DNA of 64,000 nt from an uncultured delta proteobacterium (GTDB lineage: Bacteria; Desulfobacterota; Binatia; UBA9968), in assembly GCA_963804165.1 (NCBI GenBank), contig CAWDPO010000017.1, positions 1-64,000 of the forward strand, given 5' to 3'. Each line of letters opens with the position of its first letter. Position 1 is the first letter of the stretch. The translations under genes and the position numbers were made by a program. Shown piece after piece: positions 41,876 to 51,127 of this stretch. The notes under the pieces were generated by a model. The model saw only the letters and a program-made list of their open reading frames with translations. It was not told the DNA's origin and searched no databases.

Positions 41876-41911
41876 CACTAACCCGAAATCGGGTCAAGCG
41901 GCGGGTTAGAC
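41876..41911 (-). other. Truncated attC-like site
   Basis: Minus strand gtctaac-ccgcc-gcttgacccg-atttcgg-gttagtg, 3 bp after the stop of ORF 41915..42118. Confidence 0.4.
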
Positions 41912-42120
41912 TCTCTATCGGTAAACGTCTTTTCTGTGGTCAATTTTTACGACGTCAATGTCCGCATGGGAAGTGCGGCCATGGTAGATATCACGTAAGG
42001 CGAGTTCAAAGTTGTCGAGTATTTCTGGCGTGATCACAGTGAGTTCATCGACACGCGCAGCGATATAGTCACGCACAGCGGCCCGGATTTCTGGTCGCCG
42101 CCCCTCGTTTCGCAGCATGG

Positions 42121-42753
42121 TCAGTAAAGCTCGGTCTTTAGGCGCTCGGCGTATTTCTCGTTATATTCCCTGGCGTAGGCAGCATCCTTGCCGTCGCGGG
42201 CGGCGGCGAAGTCGCCGTGGCTTGGCGCGCCGCTCGGCCGCGCCGCCGCGTCCCACAGCTTCGCCCGCACGAAGGCTTTGGGACAGTGATTGAAGGCTTC
42301 CTCGACAGCGACGACCATGACCACGCGCGGCCCCTTGCCACCAACCTCGAATCGCTTCAGCAACTCCGGGTCGGTGCTGATCGTCGCGCTGCCAGTCACG
42401 CGATAGGTTTCGTTCGATCCCGGGATCATGAAAATGATACCGACCTTCGGGTTGACGAGCAGGTTCTTCATCCCGTCGATGCGGTTGTTGCCTGGCCGGT
42501 CGGGGATCAGCAGGGTGCGGTCGTCGAGCGGCTGCACGAAGCCCGGCGCATCGCCCTTGGGCGAACAGTCGATGCTGGTCCCGTTCGAGGTCGCGAGCAC
42601 CAGGAACGGCGATGCCGCGATGAAGGCGCGCCCGACCTCGGTGATGTGGTCGGTTTCCTTGGCGGCGACATGGGGCAACGGCTCGGCATAAATCTTCGCG
42701 AGATCGTCCAGCGAAGTAACGGTGTAGGCATCGTTCCGGTCTATCGTATCCAT
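42121..42753 (-). CDS. Pyridoxamine 5'-phosphate oxidase-like FMN-binding protein (MSMEG_1061-like)
   Basis: ASPFLVLAT, DCSPKGD, PDRPGNNR, HCPKAFVRAKLW; RBS aggagga before ATG 42753. Confidence 0.88.
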   Translation of the reverse strand: MDTIDRNDAYTVTSLDDLAKIYAEPLPHVAAKETDHITEVGRAFIAASPFLVLATSNGTSIDCSPKGDAPGFVQPLDDRTLLIPDRPGNNRIDGMKNLLVNPKVGIIFMIPGSNETYRVTGSATISTDPELLKRFEVGGKGPRVVMVVAVEEAFNHCPKAFVRAKLWDAAARPSGAPSHGDFAAARDGKDAAYAREYNEKYAERLKTELY

Positions 42754-42846
42754 GTCGTATTCCTCCTGTGCTGCCCGTTCAGGCATAACTCCGTCTGCTT
42801 CCCGTGTATGACCACTCACGATGTGCACGCACGCCGCCGCATGTCA

Positions 42847-43278
42847 TCACAATGGGTAGACACGCCGGTATTCCTGCACGGCGATTTTATCGACGTCGAG
42901 GTCCAAGGTCTCCAACGCGTTGAGCGGAATCCACACCACGGATTCTGCCTCCTGGGGGATGATCTCTCCCTCCCAGCGCGTCACGGCAAAATAGTGGAGC
43001 TTGCGGAATTCTTGCGACCGATGCAGGAGGGTACAGACGTAGGTGATCTCGATGGGGACGATCCCGACTTCCTCCTGCACTTCACGGTACAGCGCCTCTT
43101 CAGGACTCTCGCGTGACTCGATATGTCCTCCTGGAAAGGCGACTGCCCCAGGGACCACCCGTTTGGTGCGCTTACGCTTCTCCGCGAGGACCTGATCGTC
43201 TTGCATGAGCATAAAGGCAATACACTCAACCAGACAGATAGCATTCACCATCCGAAAGACTCCGTATAGACGTGGCAC
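42847..43278 (-). CDS. NUDIX hydrolase
   Basis: PGGHIESRESPEEALYREVQEEVG Nudix box. Confidence 0.88.
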   Translation of the reverse strand: MPRLYGVFRMVNAICLVECIAFMLMQDDQVLAEKRKRTKRVVPGAVAFPGGHIESRESPEEALYREVQEEVGIVPIEITYVCTLLHRSQEFRKLHYFAVTRWEGEIIPQEAESVVWIPLNALETLDLDVDKIAVQEYRRVYPL

Positions 43279-43360
43279 CTAACGCTATGCCGCTGAGCCG
43301 TCGTTAAGAAAGTGAATCCAAAATATCATACCTGATATCGGCTCCAGCGGCGAGTTAGCC
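43277..43360 (-). other. attC-like integron recombination site
   Basis: Minus strand R'' ggctaac, L'' gctggagcc ... L' ggctcagc, R' gttaggt; imperfect hairpin with one extra base; NUDIX ORF begins at R'. Confidence 0.6.
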
Positions 43361-43476
43361 GGTAAAAACCGCCCATCTAATCCTTTCTCTTTCTTATTTT
43401 TAGTTTCACTAAACTCACGAAAACCAAAAGGTCCAAAAGGCCTGACCAATTTTCTGCGCAATTTTCTGCCTGTGCC

Positions 43477-44301
43477 TCAGTCGCAGTTCTTAAGCTTAGA
43501 CTCCTGACAGCGCCGTGCCATCTCCTGCGCGGTTTCAATCTGCTCGGCTGTCATTTTTGCTGCAATTCTATCTCGCTTCTTTGTCGCCGTATCTCCGGAA
43601 TCGCGGCTCAATGCTGCAGCAGCGAGGTTAAACCACATAGACGCACGCACGAAGTCCTGCCGCACACCTCTCCCTTTGGTATACATCGCACCCAGATTGA
43701 CCTGGGCAAATTCGTTTCCCTGCGCTGCCGCCAGGCGATACCACTTCACGGCTTCCTGAAAATCCTGCGCCACCCCTTGCCCTTTTTCATACGCCACACC
43801 CAGACTGTACTCCCCCGGTGCGTATCCCTGCGCCGCCGCGAGGCGATACCACTTCACAGCCTGCTGATAATCCTGCCGCACGCCTTTTCCCTCAGCATAC
43901 ATCGACCCCAGCCTCGTCTGCGCCCATTCGTCGTCCTGCGCCGCTGCGAGGCCATACCACACAGTGGCTTCCTGAAAATCCTGCGGCACCCCTTGCCCTT
44001 TTTCATACGCCAGACCCAGACTATACTGCGCCGGGGTATTTCCCTGCGCTGCGGCGAGGCGATACCACTTTACAGCCTCCTGAAAATCCTGCGCCACGCC
44101 TTTCCCCTCTGCGTACATCAAACCCACCCTTCTCTGCGCCCAAGGGTGTCCCCGCTCGGCAAGCTGGCGAAAAAGTTTCATCGCCTGAACATAGTCGCCG
44201 CGCTCGTACACAGCGAGTGCGTCATCAAAAGGGTTTGATGCGGCAAAACTACTCGCACCGAGAAAATAAAGGATGGCGAGCAGAAGCAGGTTGGTTCTCA
44301 T
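43477..44301 (-). CDS. Sel1-repeat secreted protein
   Basis: Start MRTNLLLL (44301); 36-aa repeats AQYSLGxxYEKGQGVxQDFQEAVKWYRLAAAQG. Confidence 0.92.
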   Translation of the reverse strand: MRTNLLLLAILYFLGASSFAASNPFDDALAVYERGDYVQAMKLFRQLAERGHPWAQRRVGLMYAEGKGVAQDFQEAVKWYRLAAAQGNTPAQYSLGLAYEKGQGVPQDFQEATVWYGLAAAQDDEWAQTRLGSMYAEGKGVRQDYQQAVKWYRLAAAQGYAPGEYSLGVAYEKGQGVAQDFQEAVKWYRLAAAQGNEFAQVNLGAMYTKGRGVRQDFVRASMWFNLAAAALSRDSGDTATKKRDRIAAKMTAEQIETAQEMARRCQESKLKNCD

Positions 44302-44325
44302 GGTGATTCCGATGCCGCTACGGGG

Positions 44326-44469
44326 GGCTGTTGAAAAAGGCCCATCTGCTTGTTGCGCTCGATCGCCTCGCTCCACCAACGTGTCAGTAAATACGCCTCG
44401 AGCCTGTCCTGAGCGAAGTCGAAGGATCGATTTCTCGCGCGCCTCGCATCGGGACGTTTTTGAACAGCC
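44326..44469. repeat. MITE/REP-like palindromic element with nested short repeat
   Basis: Ends ggctgttgaaaaa / tttttgaacagcc (12/13); internal gcctgtcctgagcgaagtcgaagg (44402-44425). Confidence 0.65.
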
Positions 44470-44548
44470 TGGAATCAAATTTTTTACAGCCTGATGAATC
44501 GTGATATTCCTGATTTTCTGATCCAACCGCGAGTGATGTTGCATCACC

Positions 44549-45461
44549 CTACGGGTCCAATTGGAAGCGCCGCGAGGGAGGATATCCCGCCTCGAACTCC
44601 CATAGTTTCAGGCGCGGGACCGAAACGCCGCTGCAAACCTTCCGAATATTGATCAGCTCGGTGGGCCTTTTCCAGTCGCTCTTCGACTCGCAGGTGACTT
44701 GCGCGCAGGCGGTCTGCTTCAGCCAGGAGCACACTCTCAGTGGGCGGCCGGCGGCATCCTCCAGCTCGGTCACATACAAAATGCCGAGTTTGTCCTTGGC
44801 ATGCTCTAAATGCACGCCCGGCACCAGCGTGTAGAAGACGCCGCCAATCTCCAGCAACCTGAACACCCGCTCCACAAACCCGGACAAGTCTTCGGTATAG
44901 GAGAAACCGCCGAACACGTCGGTGATGATCTGGAATTTTCCAAGCTCTTCGGGCGAATACTGGCGCAGGCGCTTGCCGGAGAGATATCGCATACTGTCAT
45001 CGCCGAGCCTCGCAGCCTGCTCTCGCCACTTGTCCGTACGACGGTCCTCTATAGACATCGCGACCGCGCGCGCCTTGGCGCCAGACCGGCGGCATCTTTC
45101 AGCCGGCGGCGCGGCGTCTTCGGGTGCGTGGTAGTCCAGTATGGCCTGCCCGGCGCCCGCGCCGATATCCAGCCATCGGTCCGAGCTACCGAGCTTGCCG
45201 AGCACGTCGCAGAACCCGGAGGGAAGAAGCTCCGCGTAGTCCGAGAGCCCTCGGCCGGTGACGTAGCCGCGGGGAACATCGGCGCCCCGGCTCCGGTATA
45301 TTTTTTCCTGCCTGGTGAATTCCTCTTCGAGTCGCGGTTGAGCAGGTTCCTGTGACCAGCCAACTGCCAGCCCAAGCGCCTGCAGAACGATGACGATCAA
45401 GACGGCCAGGCCCGTTGCTGCGGATCTTCCTCGACGATTTGACTGAACCCATGACAATCAC
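44549..45461 (-). CDS. Secreted SAM-methyltransferase-like protein, copy 3 (+1 insertion at 45424)
   Basis: WLDIGAGAG motif I-like; paralog of 45718..46614 and 46890..47801. Confidence 0.75.
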
Positions 45462-45640
45462 TTCCTCCTCGCGTTGAAGAAAATCCCGTTGTCAATACCG
45501 TTTTCAAAGCTGTTCCAGGCATAATCTAGGCTGCCGGTCGCCGCAAGGCCGAAGGCCGAGGCGGTCAGTGCGCTGACGAAAGTGATTTGCGCGTCCCCCG
45601 TTGTCGTCCGGGTTGTCTTCGAACGCGCGCAGCGTCGTTC
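45458..45640 (-). pseudogene. 3' fragment of the alpha/beta hydrolase gene (duplicated)
   Basis: AQITFVSALTASAFGLAATGSLDYAWNSFENGIDNGIFFNARRK*, nearly identical to the 3' end of 47798..48844. Confidence 0.85.
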
Positions 45641-45717
45641 GTCTTTTAATACGCAAACGTGGCGGCTGCGTCCACCCACAAATCGTCTTGGCCAAGCTAT
45701 GCGGCAGGTTTCATCGC

Positions 45718-46614
45718 CTAGGGCTCCAATTGGAATCGCCTGCCGGGAGGAGCCCCCGCCATGTACTCCACAAGGTTCGTGCGCGGAACCGCGACGTCGC
45801 TGCAAGCTTTGTGAATTTTTATCAACTGCGTGGGCTCGTCCCAGTCGCTCTTCGACTCGCAGGTGACTTTTGTGCACGTGGTCTGCTTCAGCCAGGAGCA
45901 CACGGTTATGGGACGGCTGGCTGCATTCACAAGCTCGGTCTTATACCAGGTACCGAGTTTATCCGTGCCATCCTCCAAGTGCACGGCTGGCAACACTGTG
46001 TAGAAGGCGCCGCCGATCTCCAGCAAGCCCAGTACCTTCTCGAGGAATCGGGATAAATTTTCCGTGTAAGTGAAGCCGCCGTACACGTCGGTGATAATCT
46101 GGAATTTTCCAAGCTCATCGCGTGAATGTTGGCTCAGACGTTTGCCGGCGAGATATCGCGTACGGTCGCCGAGGCTCCCGGCCTGCTGTTTCCACCTCTC
46201 TGTCCTGCGGTCCTCGATGGAGATCGCGACCACGCGCGCCTTGGGGCCGGATCCGCCGCACTTTTCAGGAGCCCCATCGCCTTGCGGTGCGTAGTAGTCG
46301 AGTATGGCCTGCCCCTCGCCCGCGCCGATATCCAGCCATCGGTCCGAGCTGCCGAGGCTTCCGAGCGCGTCGCAGAAGCCGGTGGGAAGAACCTCCGCGT
46401 AGTTCGACAGCCCTCGGTTCGCGGTGTAGCTCCCGGCACCCCGTCTGCGGTAGATTTTTTCCTGCTTGGTGAATTCCTCGTCGAGTCGCGGTTGAGCGGG
46501 TTCCTGTGACCAGCCAGCCCGCGTTTGTAGAAGGATGACGAATAGAACGGCCAAACGCATTCCACCGGTCTTCCAGCTTCTCACCGGCGATTTGACTGAA
46601 CGCAAGACAATCAC
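45718..46614 (-). CDS. Secreted SAM-methyltransferase-like protein, copy 2
   Basis: Hydrophobic signal + GWSQEPAQPRL; WLDIGAGEG; conserved Cys residues. Confidence 0.75.
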   Translation of the reverse strand: MIVLRSVKSPVRSWKTGGMRLAVLFVILLQTRAGWSQEPAQPRLDEEFTKQEKIYRRRGAGSYTANRGLSNYAEVLPTGFCDALGSLGSSDRWLDIGAGEGQAILDYYAPQGDGAPEKCGGSGPKARVVAISIEDRRTERWKQQAGSLGDRTRYLAGKRLSQHSRDELGKFQIITDVYGGFTYTENLSRFLEKVLGLLEIGGAFYTVLPAVHLEDGTDKLGTWYKTELVNAASRPITVCSWLKQTTCTKVTCESKSDWDEPTQLIKIHKACSDVAVPRTNLVEYMAGAPPGRRFQLEP

Positions 46615-46805
46615 TTTCTCCTCGGGTTGAAAAAATTGCCGTTTTTGAAAGCGTTTTCGAAGCTGTTCAAAGCATAGTCTAGGCTGCCGGTGGCCACAAG
46701 CACAAAGGCGGAGGCGGTCAGTGCGCTGACGAGAGTGATTTGCGCGTCCTCGGCGTCGTCCGGGTTGTCTTCGAACGCGCGCAGCGTGCGCTCGTTCGGA
46801 TACTG
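46611..46805 (-). pseudogene. 3' fragment of the alpha/beta hydrolase gene (duplicated, diverged)
   Basis: QYPNERTLRAFEDNPDDAEDAQITLVSALTASAFVLVATGSLDYALNSFEN...FFNPRRK*. Confidence 0.8.
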
Positions 46806-46889
46806 ATAAAGGTCAGACTTTTAGTTCCAGACTCTAGCTTTTTGTTTTGTTCATTCCGCACTGGCGCTTTGAATTCAACTCGACCACCC

Positions 46890-47801
46890 CTACTGCTCCA
46901 ATTGGAATCGCCGCCCGGGAGGATTTCCCGCCTCGTACTTCAATAGTTTCAAGCGCGGCAAAGAGACGTCGCTGCAAACCTTCCGAATATTGATGAGCTC
47001 GGTGGGCTCGCCCCAGTCGCTCTTCGACTCGCAAGTGATTTTCACGCAGGAAGCCTTCTTCAGCCAAGAGCACACTTTCACGTCGCGGCCGGCTGTATCC
47101 ATCAACTCGGTGAGATACCAGGTGGTGGGTTTGTCCTTGCCATCCTCTAAATGCACGCTTTGCACCACGGTGTAGAAGACGCCGCCGGTCTCCAGCAAGC
47201 TCAGCACCTTCTCCAGGAACTGGGACAAGTCTTCGGTGTAGGAAAAGCCGCCGTACACGTCAGTAATGATCTGGAATTTCCCAATCTCCCCGCCCGAGTA
47301 TTGCCGCAGGCGCTTGCCGGAGAGATATCGTATACGATCATTGCCGAGGCGCGCGGCCCGCTGTTGCCACTTGTCCGTCCGGCGGTCCTCGATGGACATC
47401 GCGACTGCCCACGCTCTGCCCCCCAACCCGGCGCACTTTTCAGCCGGGGTCGCGTCGTCTGCGGGTGTATAGTAGTCCAGTATCGCCTGCCCGTCGCCCG
47501 CTCCAACATCCAGCCATCGGTCCGAGCTGCCCAGGCTGCCGAGCGCGTCGCAGAAGCCGGAGGGAAGAAGTGCCGCGTAGTCCGAAAGCCCTCGGCCGGT
47601 GACGTAGCCACGGGGAACATCGGCGCCCCGGCTCCGGTATATTTTTTCCTGCCTGGTGAATTCCTCTTCGAGTCGCGGTTGAGCAGGTTCCTGTGACCAG
47701 CCAACTGCCAGCCCAAGCGCCTGCAGAACGATGACGATCAAGACGGCCAGGCCCGTTGCTGCGGTCTTCCTCGACGATTTGACTGAACCCATGACAATCA
47801 C
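46890..47801 (-). CDS. Secreted SAM-methyltransferase-like protein, copy 1
   Basis: Signal-like helix, WLDVGAGDG, GKFQIITDVYGG, GGVFY; GTGA overlap with the hydrolase stop. Confidence 0.75.
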   Translation of the reverse strand: MIVMGSVKSSRKTAATGLAVLIVIVLQALGLAVGWSQEPAQPRLEEEFTRQEKIYRSRGADVPRGYVTGRGLSDYAALLPSGFCDALGSLGSSDRWLDVGAGDGQAILDYYTPADDATPAEKCAGLGGRAWAVAMSIEDRRTDKWQQRAARLGNDRIRYLSGKRLRQYSGGEIGKFQIITDVYGGFSYTEDLSQFLEKVLSLLETGGVFYTVVQSVHLEDGKDKPTTWYLTELMDTAGRDVKVCSWLKKASCVKITCESKSDWGEPTELINIRKVCSDVSLPRLKLLKYEAGNPPGRRFQLEQ

Positions 47802-48844
47802 TTCCTCCTCGCGTTGAAGAAAATCCCGTTGTCAATACCGTTTTCAAAGCTGTTCCAGGCATAATCTAGGCTGCCGGTCGCCGCAAGGCCGAAGGCCGAG
47901 GCGGTCAGCGCGCTGACGAACGCAATTTGCGCTTCCTCTGTGTCATCGGGGTTGTCTTCGAATGCGCGCAGCGTGTGCTCGTTCGGATACTGTGCATCCT
48001 GGTGGACGGTGTCCCGTATCGATATCTCTCCGACCGCGCCCGGAATAAACCGGTAAAATTGCCCGCGGTTGCGGGTGGGCCAGATGTCCTCGTCCGCACC
48101 GATCACCATTACCGGAACTGTGATTCGCTTCAGCAACTGCGGCAATTGCCGGCCGATCCCGGCGGGATCGAGTAGGACACCGCCCACCGCGGGGGCGCTT
48201 TCCCCCAACGCAACGGCGACGGCAGTCGCGCCGAATGAGTGGCCCGCGAGAATGATCCTGTCCGCGTCTATGCGATCGTCGACGAGCTGCGGCGTCCGAT
48301 GAATGGCGTCGACGAGTTTGGCGAGGGTTCTGCCGTTGGCAATCCACGGGCCGCGGTTGGGCAAGTCGATGGCAAGGCTATGCATGCCCCAGGAGGCCAA
48401 GTGCATCGCTTGAAAGGCATGGTCCTCCTTGGAATTGTCTTGACCGTGCAACACGACCACCAGCGGCGCCTTGCGGGCCGCCGGGCACAGATATAAGTTC
48501 GCTTCCACCGTGAGACCGGAAGGCAGGGGAATCTCCAGATCTCTGCGCTCGATGGTGGCAAAGGGCCCGCGCAACCTGAATTGCGCTACGTCGGGCTTGC
48601 CGGACAATAGATAGCGCTGGAGCTCGGCCGGGCTTGCGGCCTTTATCGGCGTGGCTTCGGTCGCCGGAAACCGGCGAGCACAGCCGGCCGAATACGCCGT
48701 GAGGGCGATCAGCAGAAGGGCTGGAATGCGAAAACCTGATCGGCTGATCGCGGATTCATTTCGTTCGTCCCGCACAGGCACTCCTGAATTCAACTCCACA
48801 ACTTCTTGCTCGCGATCGCCGCGCCGTCGCGCAGGGCGCGGCAC
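47798..48844 (-). CDS. Alpha/beta hydrolase, possible lipoprotein
   Basis: LHG, AGHSFG nucleophile elbow, LLDP; lipobox-like AYSAGC; start uncertain. Confidence 0.8.
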   Translation of the reverse strand: MPRPARRRGDREQEVVELNSGVPVRDERNESAISRSGFRIPALLLIALTAYSAGCARRFPATEATPIKAASPAELQRYLLSGKPDVAQFRLRGPFATIERRDLEIPLPSGLTVEANLYLCPAARKAPLVVVLHGQDNSKEDHAFQAMHLASWGMHSLAIDLPNRGPWIANGRTLAKLVDAIHRTPQLVDDRIDADRIILAGHSFGATAVAVALGESAPAVGGVLLDPAGIGRQLPQLLKRITVPVMVIGADEDIWPTRNRGQFYRFIPGAVGEISIRDTVHQDAQYPNEHTLRAFEDNPDDTEEAQIAFVSALTASAFGLAATGSLDYAWNSFENGIDNGIFFNARRK

Positions 48845-49110
48845 TTGGCTTAGGCGATTTGTGGATGGACGCCGCCGCCCAGACTACCGTCGGTGCTGAT
48901 CATCAGCGTGTTTTCGCCCGTGGAGCTCTGGATGAGATATGGCACGTCGGTGGTGCTGGTCGGTAGGCGGGTGGCGGGCTACGGCTCTTTCGTCAGAACA
49001 CCTAGGCCGAAATTCAGCACACGTTAGAGAATTTCCACGCTGGTCGGTATTCCTATTAGCACGCTGAAGGGCGATTGCTACCGTCGGAACAACCGCCCCT
49101 CCCGTATCAT

Positions 49111-50796
49111 CTATGTAGTAACTACATCGATGATCGCCGGCTTGCCGCTTCGATTGGCTTCGAGGCCGCGCTTCAGCGCATCCTGGACCTTCTCCGGATC
49201 CGTCACCGTCTCGCCGTAACCGCCGACGGATTCGGCGACCTTCACGAAGTCGGGGGCGTTGATGTGGGTGCCGTGGTAGAGATCGATTTCCGCGGCGATC
49301 CCGTCCGGATACATTTTCTGGTGCATGCCCTGCATCGCGGCGTATTTCTTGTTGTTGAAGATTACCGCCATGATCGGCAGCTTGTAATCGCGCGCCGCGC
49401 CGAGGCTGCCGAGCGCCGGGTTGTACAGGAACGCGCCGTCACCGATCAAGGTCACGACCTGCCGTTCCGGCTTCCCCAGCTTGATCCCGAGCGAAAGACC
49501 TAATCCCTGTCCGAGACCGCCCTGGCGGGTGAACAGGCACTGCGGGTCGTTCCATACGAGGTGTTGCCGCAGGGTGGCCGTGTGCGTGGTGACCTCGTCG
49601 ATGTAGATCGTATCTTTGGGCATCACGGCGTTCAGTGACGCGCACAGCCACACCGGATCGATCGGTGTTTTCTTGCGCGCCGCCGCCTGCGCCGCATTCC
49701 TTTTCTCGACGAGCGCGTCGTGCGCCGCGGCGAGCTCCTTGCGTCGTGCTTCCACCGCTGCCTTATCGACCGTCGCCGCATTCGCCAGGTCGCGCAGCGT
49801 CTGCGCGGCATTGCCTTCCAGGTACATGTCGGCCTGATGGCTTTGGTAAACCATCGCCGAGTTGTGCGGCGCTTCGTCCACCATGGCGACCACGGCCTTG
49901 GGCGGGCGGTTGCTCGGCGGATACCAGGGCGCGCGTGCGCGGACGACGATCGCGAGGTCCATGTCGTTCCAGAACGGTTTGATGTCGGTTCCCTGGTAGA
50001 GCGGATGGTCCTTGGGGAAGTTGGCGAACAGAGCGCCGGGCTTCTCGACCAGCGGCAGAGCGAACTTCTCGCACAGCGCCACCAGGGCCTCGTAGGTCTC
50101 GACCTCCTGGCCGGCGCCCTCGGTGAGCACGACCGGGCGCTTCGCCTTGGAGAGCTGGGCGGCGAGTTTTTCGATATCTTCCGGCGCTGTCAGCACGCGC
50201 GGCGCCGGCGGAACCGTGCGCGGATTAGTGGGAGGCGTCCAGCCAGCCATCAGCGTTTCCGTCGAGACGGAGAGATAGGTCGGTCCGGTCGGTTGCCGCT
50301 GCGCCAGTTCGCCGGCGCGGATAATGCTTTCATAGAGCGTGTAGACGCTGCCCGCGACCGAGGAGTACTTGACGATCGAATCGACCAGGTTGGTCGTGCC
50401 GCTGACGATGCTCAAGTTGTTCATCCACTGGGCCCCCGGATCGAACTCCGGCTGCTCGCCGTAGGTCATCGACTCGCCGGAGATCACCACCATTGGGACC
50501 CCGGCGACAAAAGCGCCGTGCATCCCCATGGCACCCTGCAGCAGGCCGGCGCCCGCGTGCAGCAACACGGCCTGCATCCGCCCCGTGGCCAGCGTGTAGC
50601 CCGCCGCGATGTCGACGGCGAGTGTTTCGTGCCACACATCCAGGAGCTTGGGACCGTCCTTTTTCCAGTGGATCTGGTCGGCCATGGCTTCCCACACGGG
50701 CGCCCATTCGGTGCCTGGCGAGGACAAGATGTATTCGACTCCGAGCTTACGAAACGCTTCGACTAAGGCGCTGCCGCCGTCGAACTGATTTTTCAT
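49111..50796 (-). CDS. Thiamine diphosphate-binding enzyme (ALS/benzoylformate decarboxylase-like)
   Basis: SPGTE, WHE, GGLGQGLG, IGDGAFLY...FNNKKY. Confidence 0.92.
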   Translation of the reverse strand: MKNQFDGGSALVEAFRKLGVEYILSSPGTEWAPVWEAMADQIHWKKDGPKLLDVWHETLAVDIAAGYTLATGRMQAVLLHAGAGLLQGAMGMHGAFVAGVPMVVISGESMTYGEQPEFDPGAQWMNNLSIVSGTTNLVDSIVKYSSVAGSVYTLYESIIRAGELAQRQPTGPTYLSVSTETLMAGWTPPTNPRTVPPAPRVLTAPEDIEKLAAQLSKAKRPVVLTEGAGQEVETYEALVALCEKFALPLVEKPGALFANFPKDHPLYQGTDIKPFWNDMDLAIVVRARAPWYPPSNRPPKAVVAMVDEAPHNSAMVYQSHQADMYLEGNAAQTLRDLANAATVDKAAVEARRKELAAAHDALVEKRNAAQAAARKKTPIDPVWLCASLNAVMPKDTIYIDEVTTHTATLRQHLVWNDPQCLFTRQGGLGQGLGLSLGIKLGKPERQVVTLIGDGAFLYNPALGSLGAARDYKLPIMAVIFNNKKYAAMQGMHQKMYPDGIAAEIDLYHGTHINAPDFVKVAESVGGYGETVTDPEKVQDALKRGLEANRSGKPAIIDVVTT

Positions 50797-51127
50797 GGTT
50801 GGTCTCCTCGAATGGTTTCTTGTCGGTGTATTATCTCATGCCTGAACGTGCAAGACCCCTGATAGCAATTCTGGAGCAGCGCGGTCGCGCAATCCTCGAT
50901 GGTCGAATCTTTACCTAGACATTGCTGCAAGCGCTGGAGCTAGGCCCGGAGCTCAGACTTTTGCTTCTCGGCAACGGAGTGTGTCTGTGCCGCTCGCCCT
51001 AGGCCGTCCGTCCGCGGCTTTTTTGTAGAAGCTGATGCATCTGAAGTTATGGCACCATTAAAGAAGGCCGATTAGAGAAATCGTGTTGCGACTCGGGCCA
51101 ACTCGGAGTAAAGCTCGGTCGTGATCT

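Noticed and set aside
43700-44130. 108-bp periodic DNA repeats as a CRISPR array or DGR
   Set aside because: They encode in-frame Sel1 repeats; no spacers, cas genes or adenine-specific TR/VR pattern
44302-44547. N-terminal extensions in the ORF track (Sel1 gene here; also UbiD 18408-18593 and SBP 5859-5945)
   Set aside because: They run through repeats or intergenic DNA; better starts lie downstream
49720-50766. 348-aa plus-strand ORF, and similar long antisense ORFs (25383..26360, 33904..34869, 53781..54818, 42217..43116)
   Set aside because: Shadow ORFs of GC-rich genes on the opposite strand
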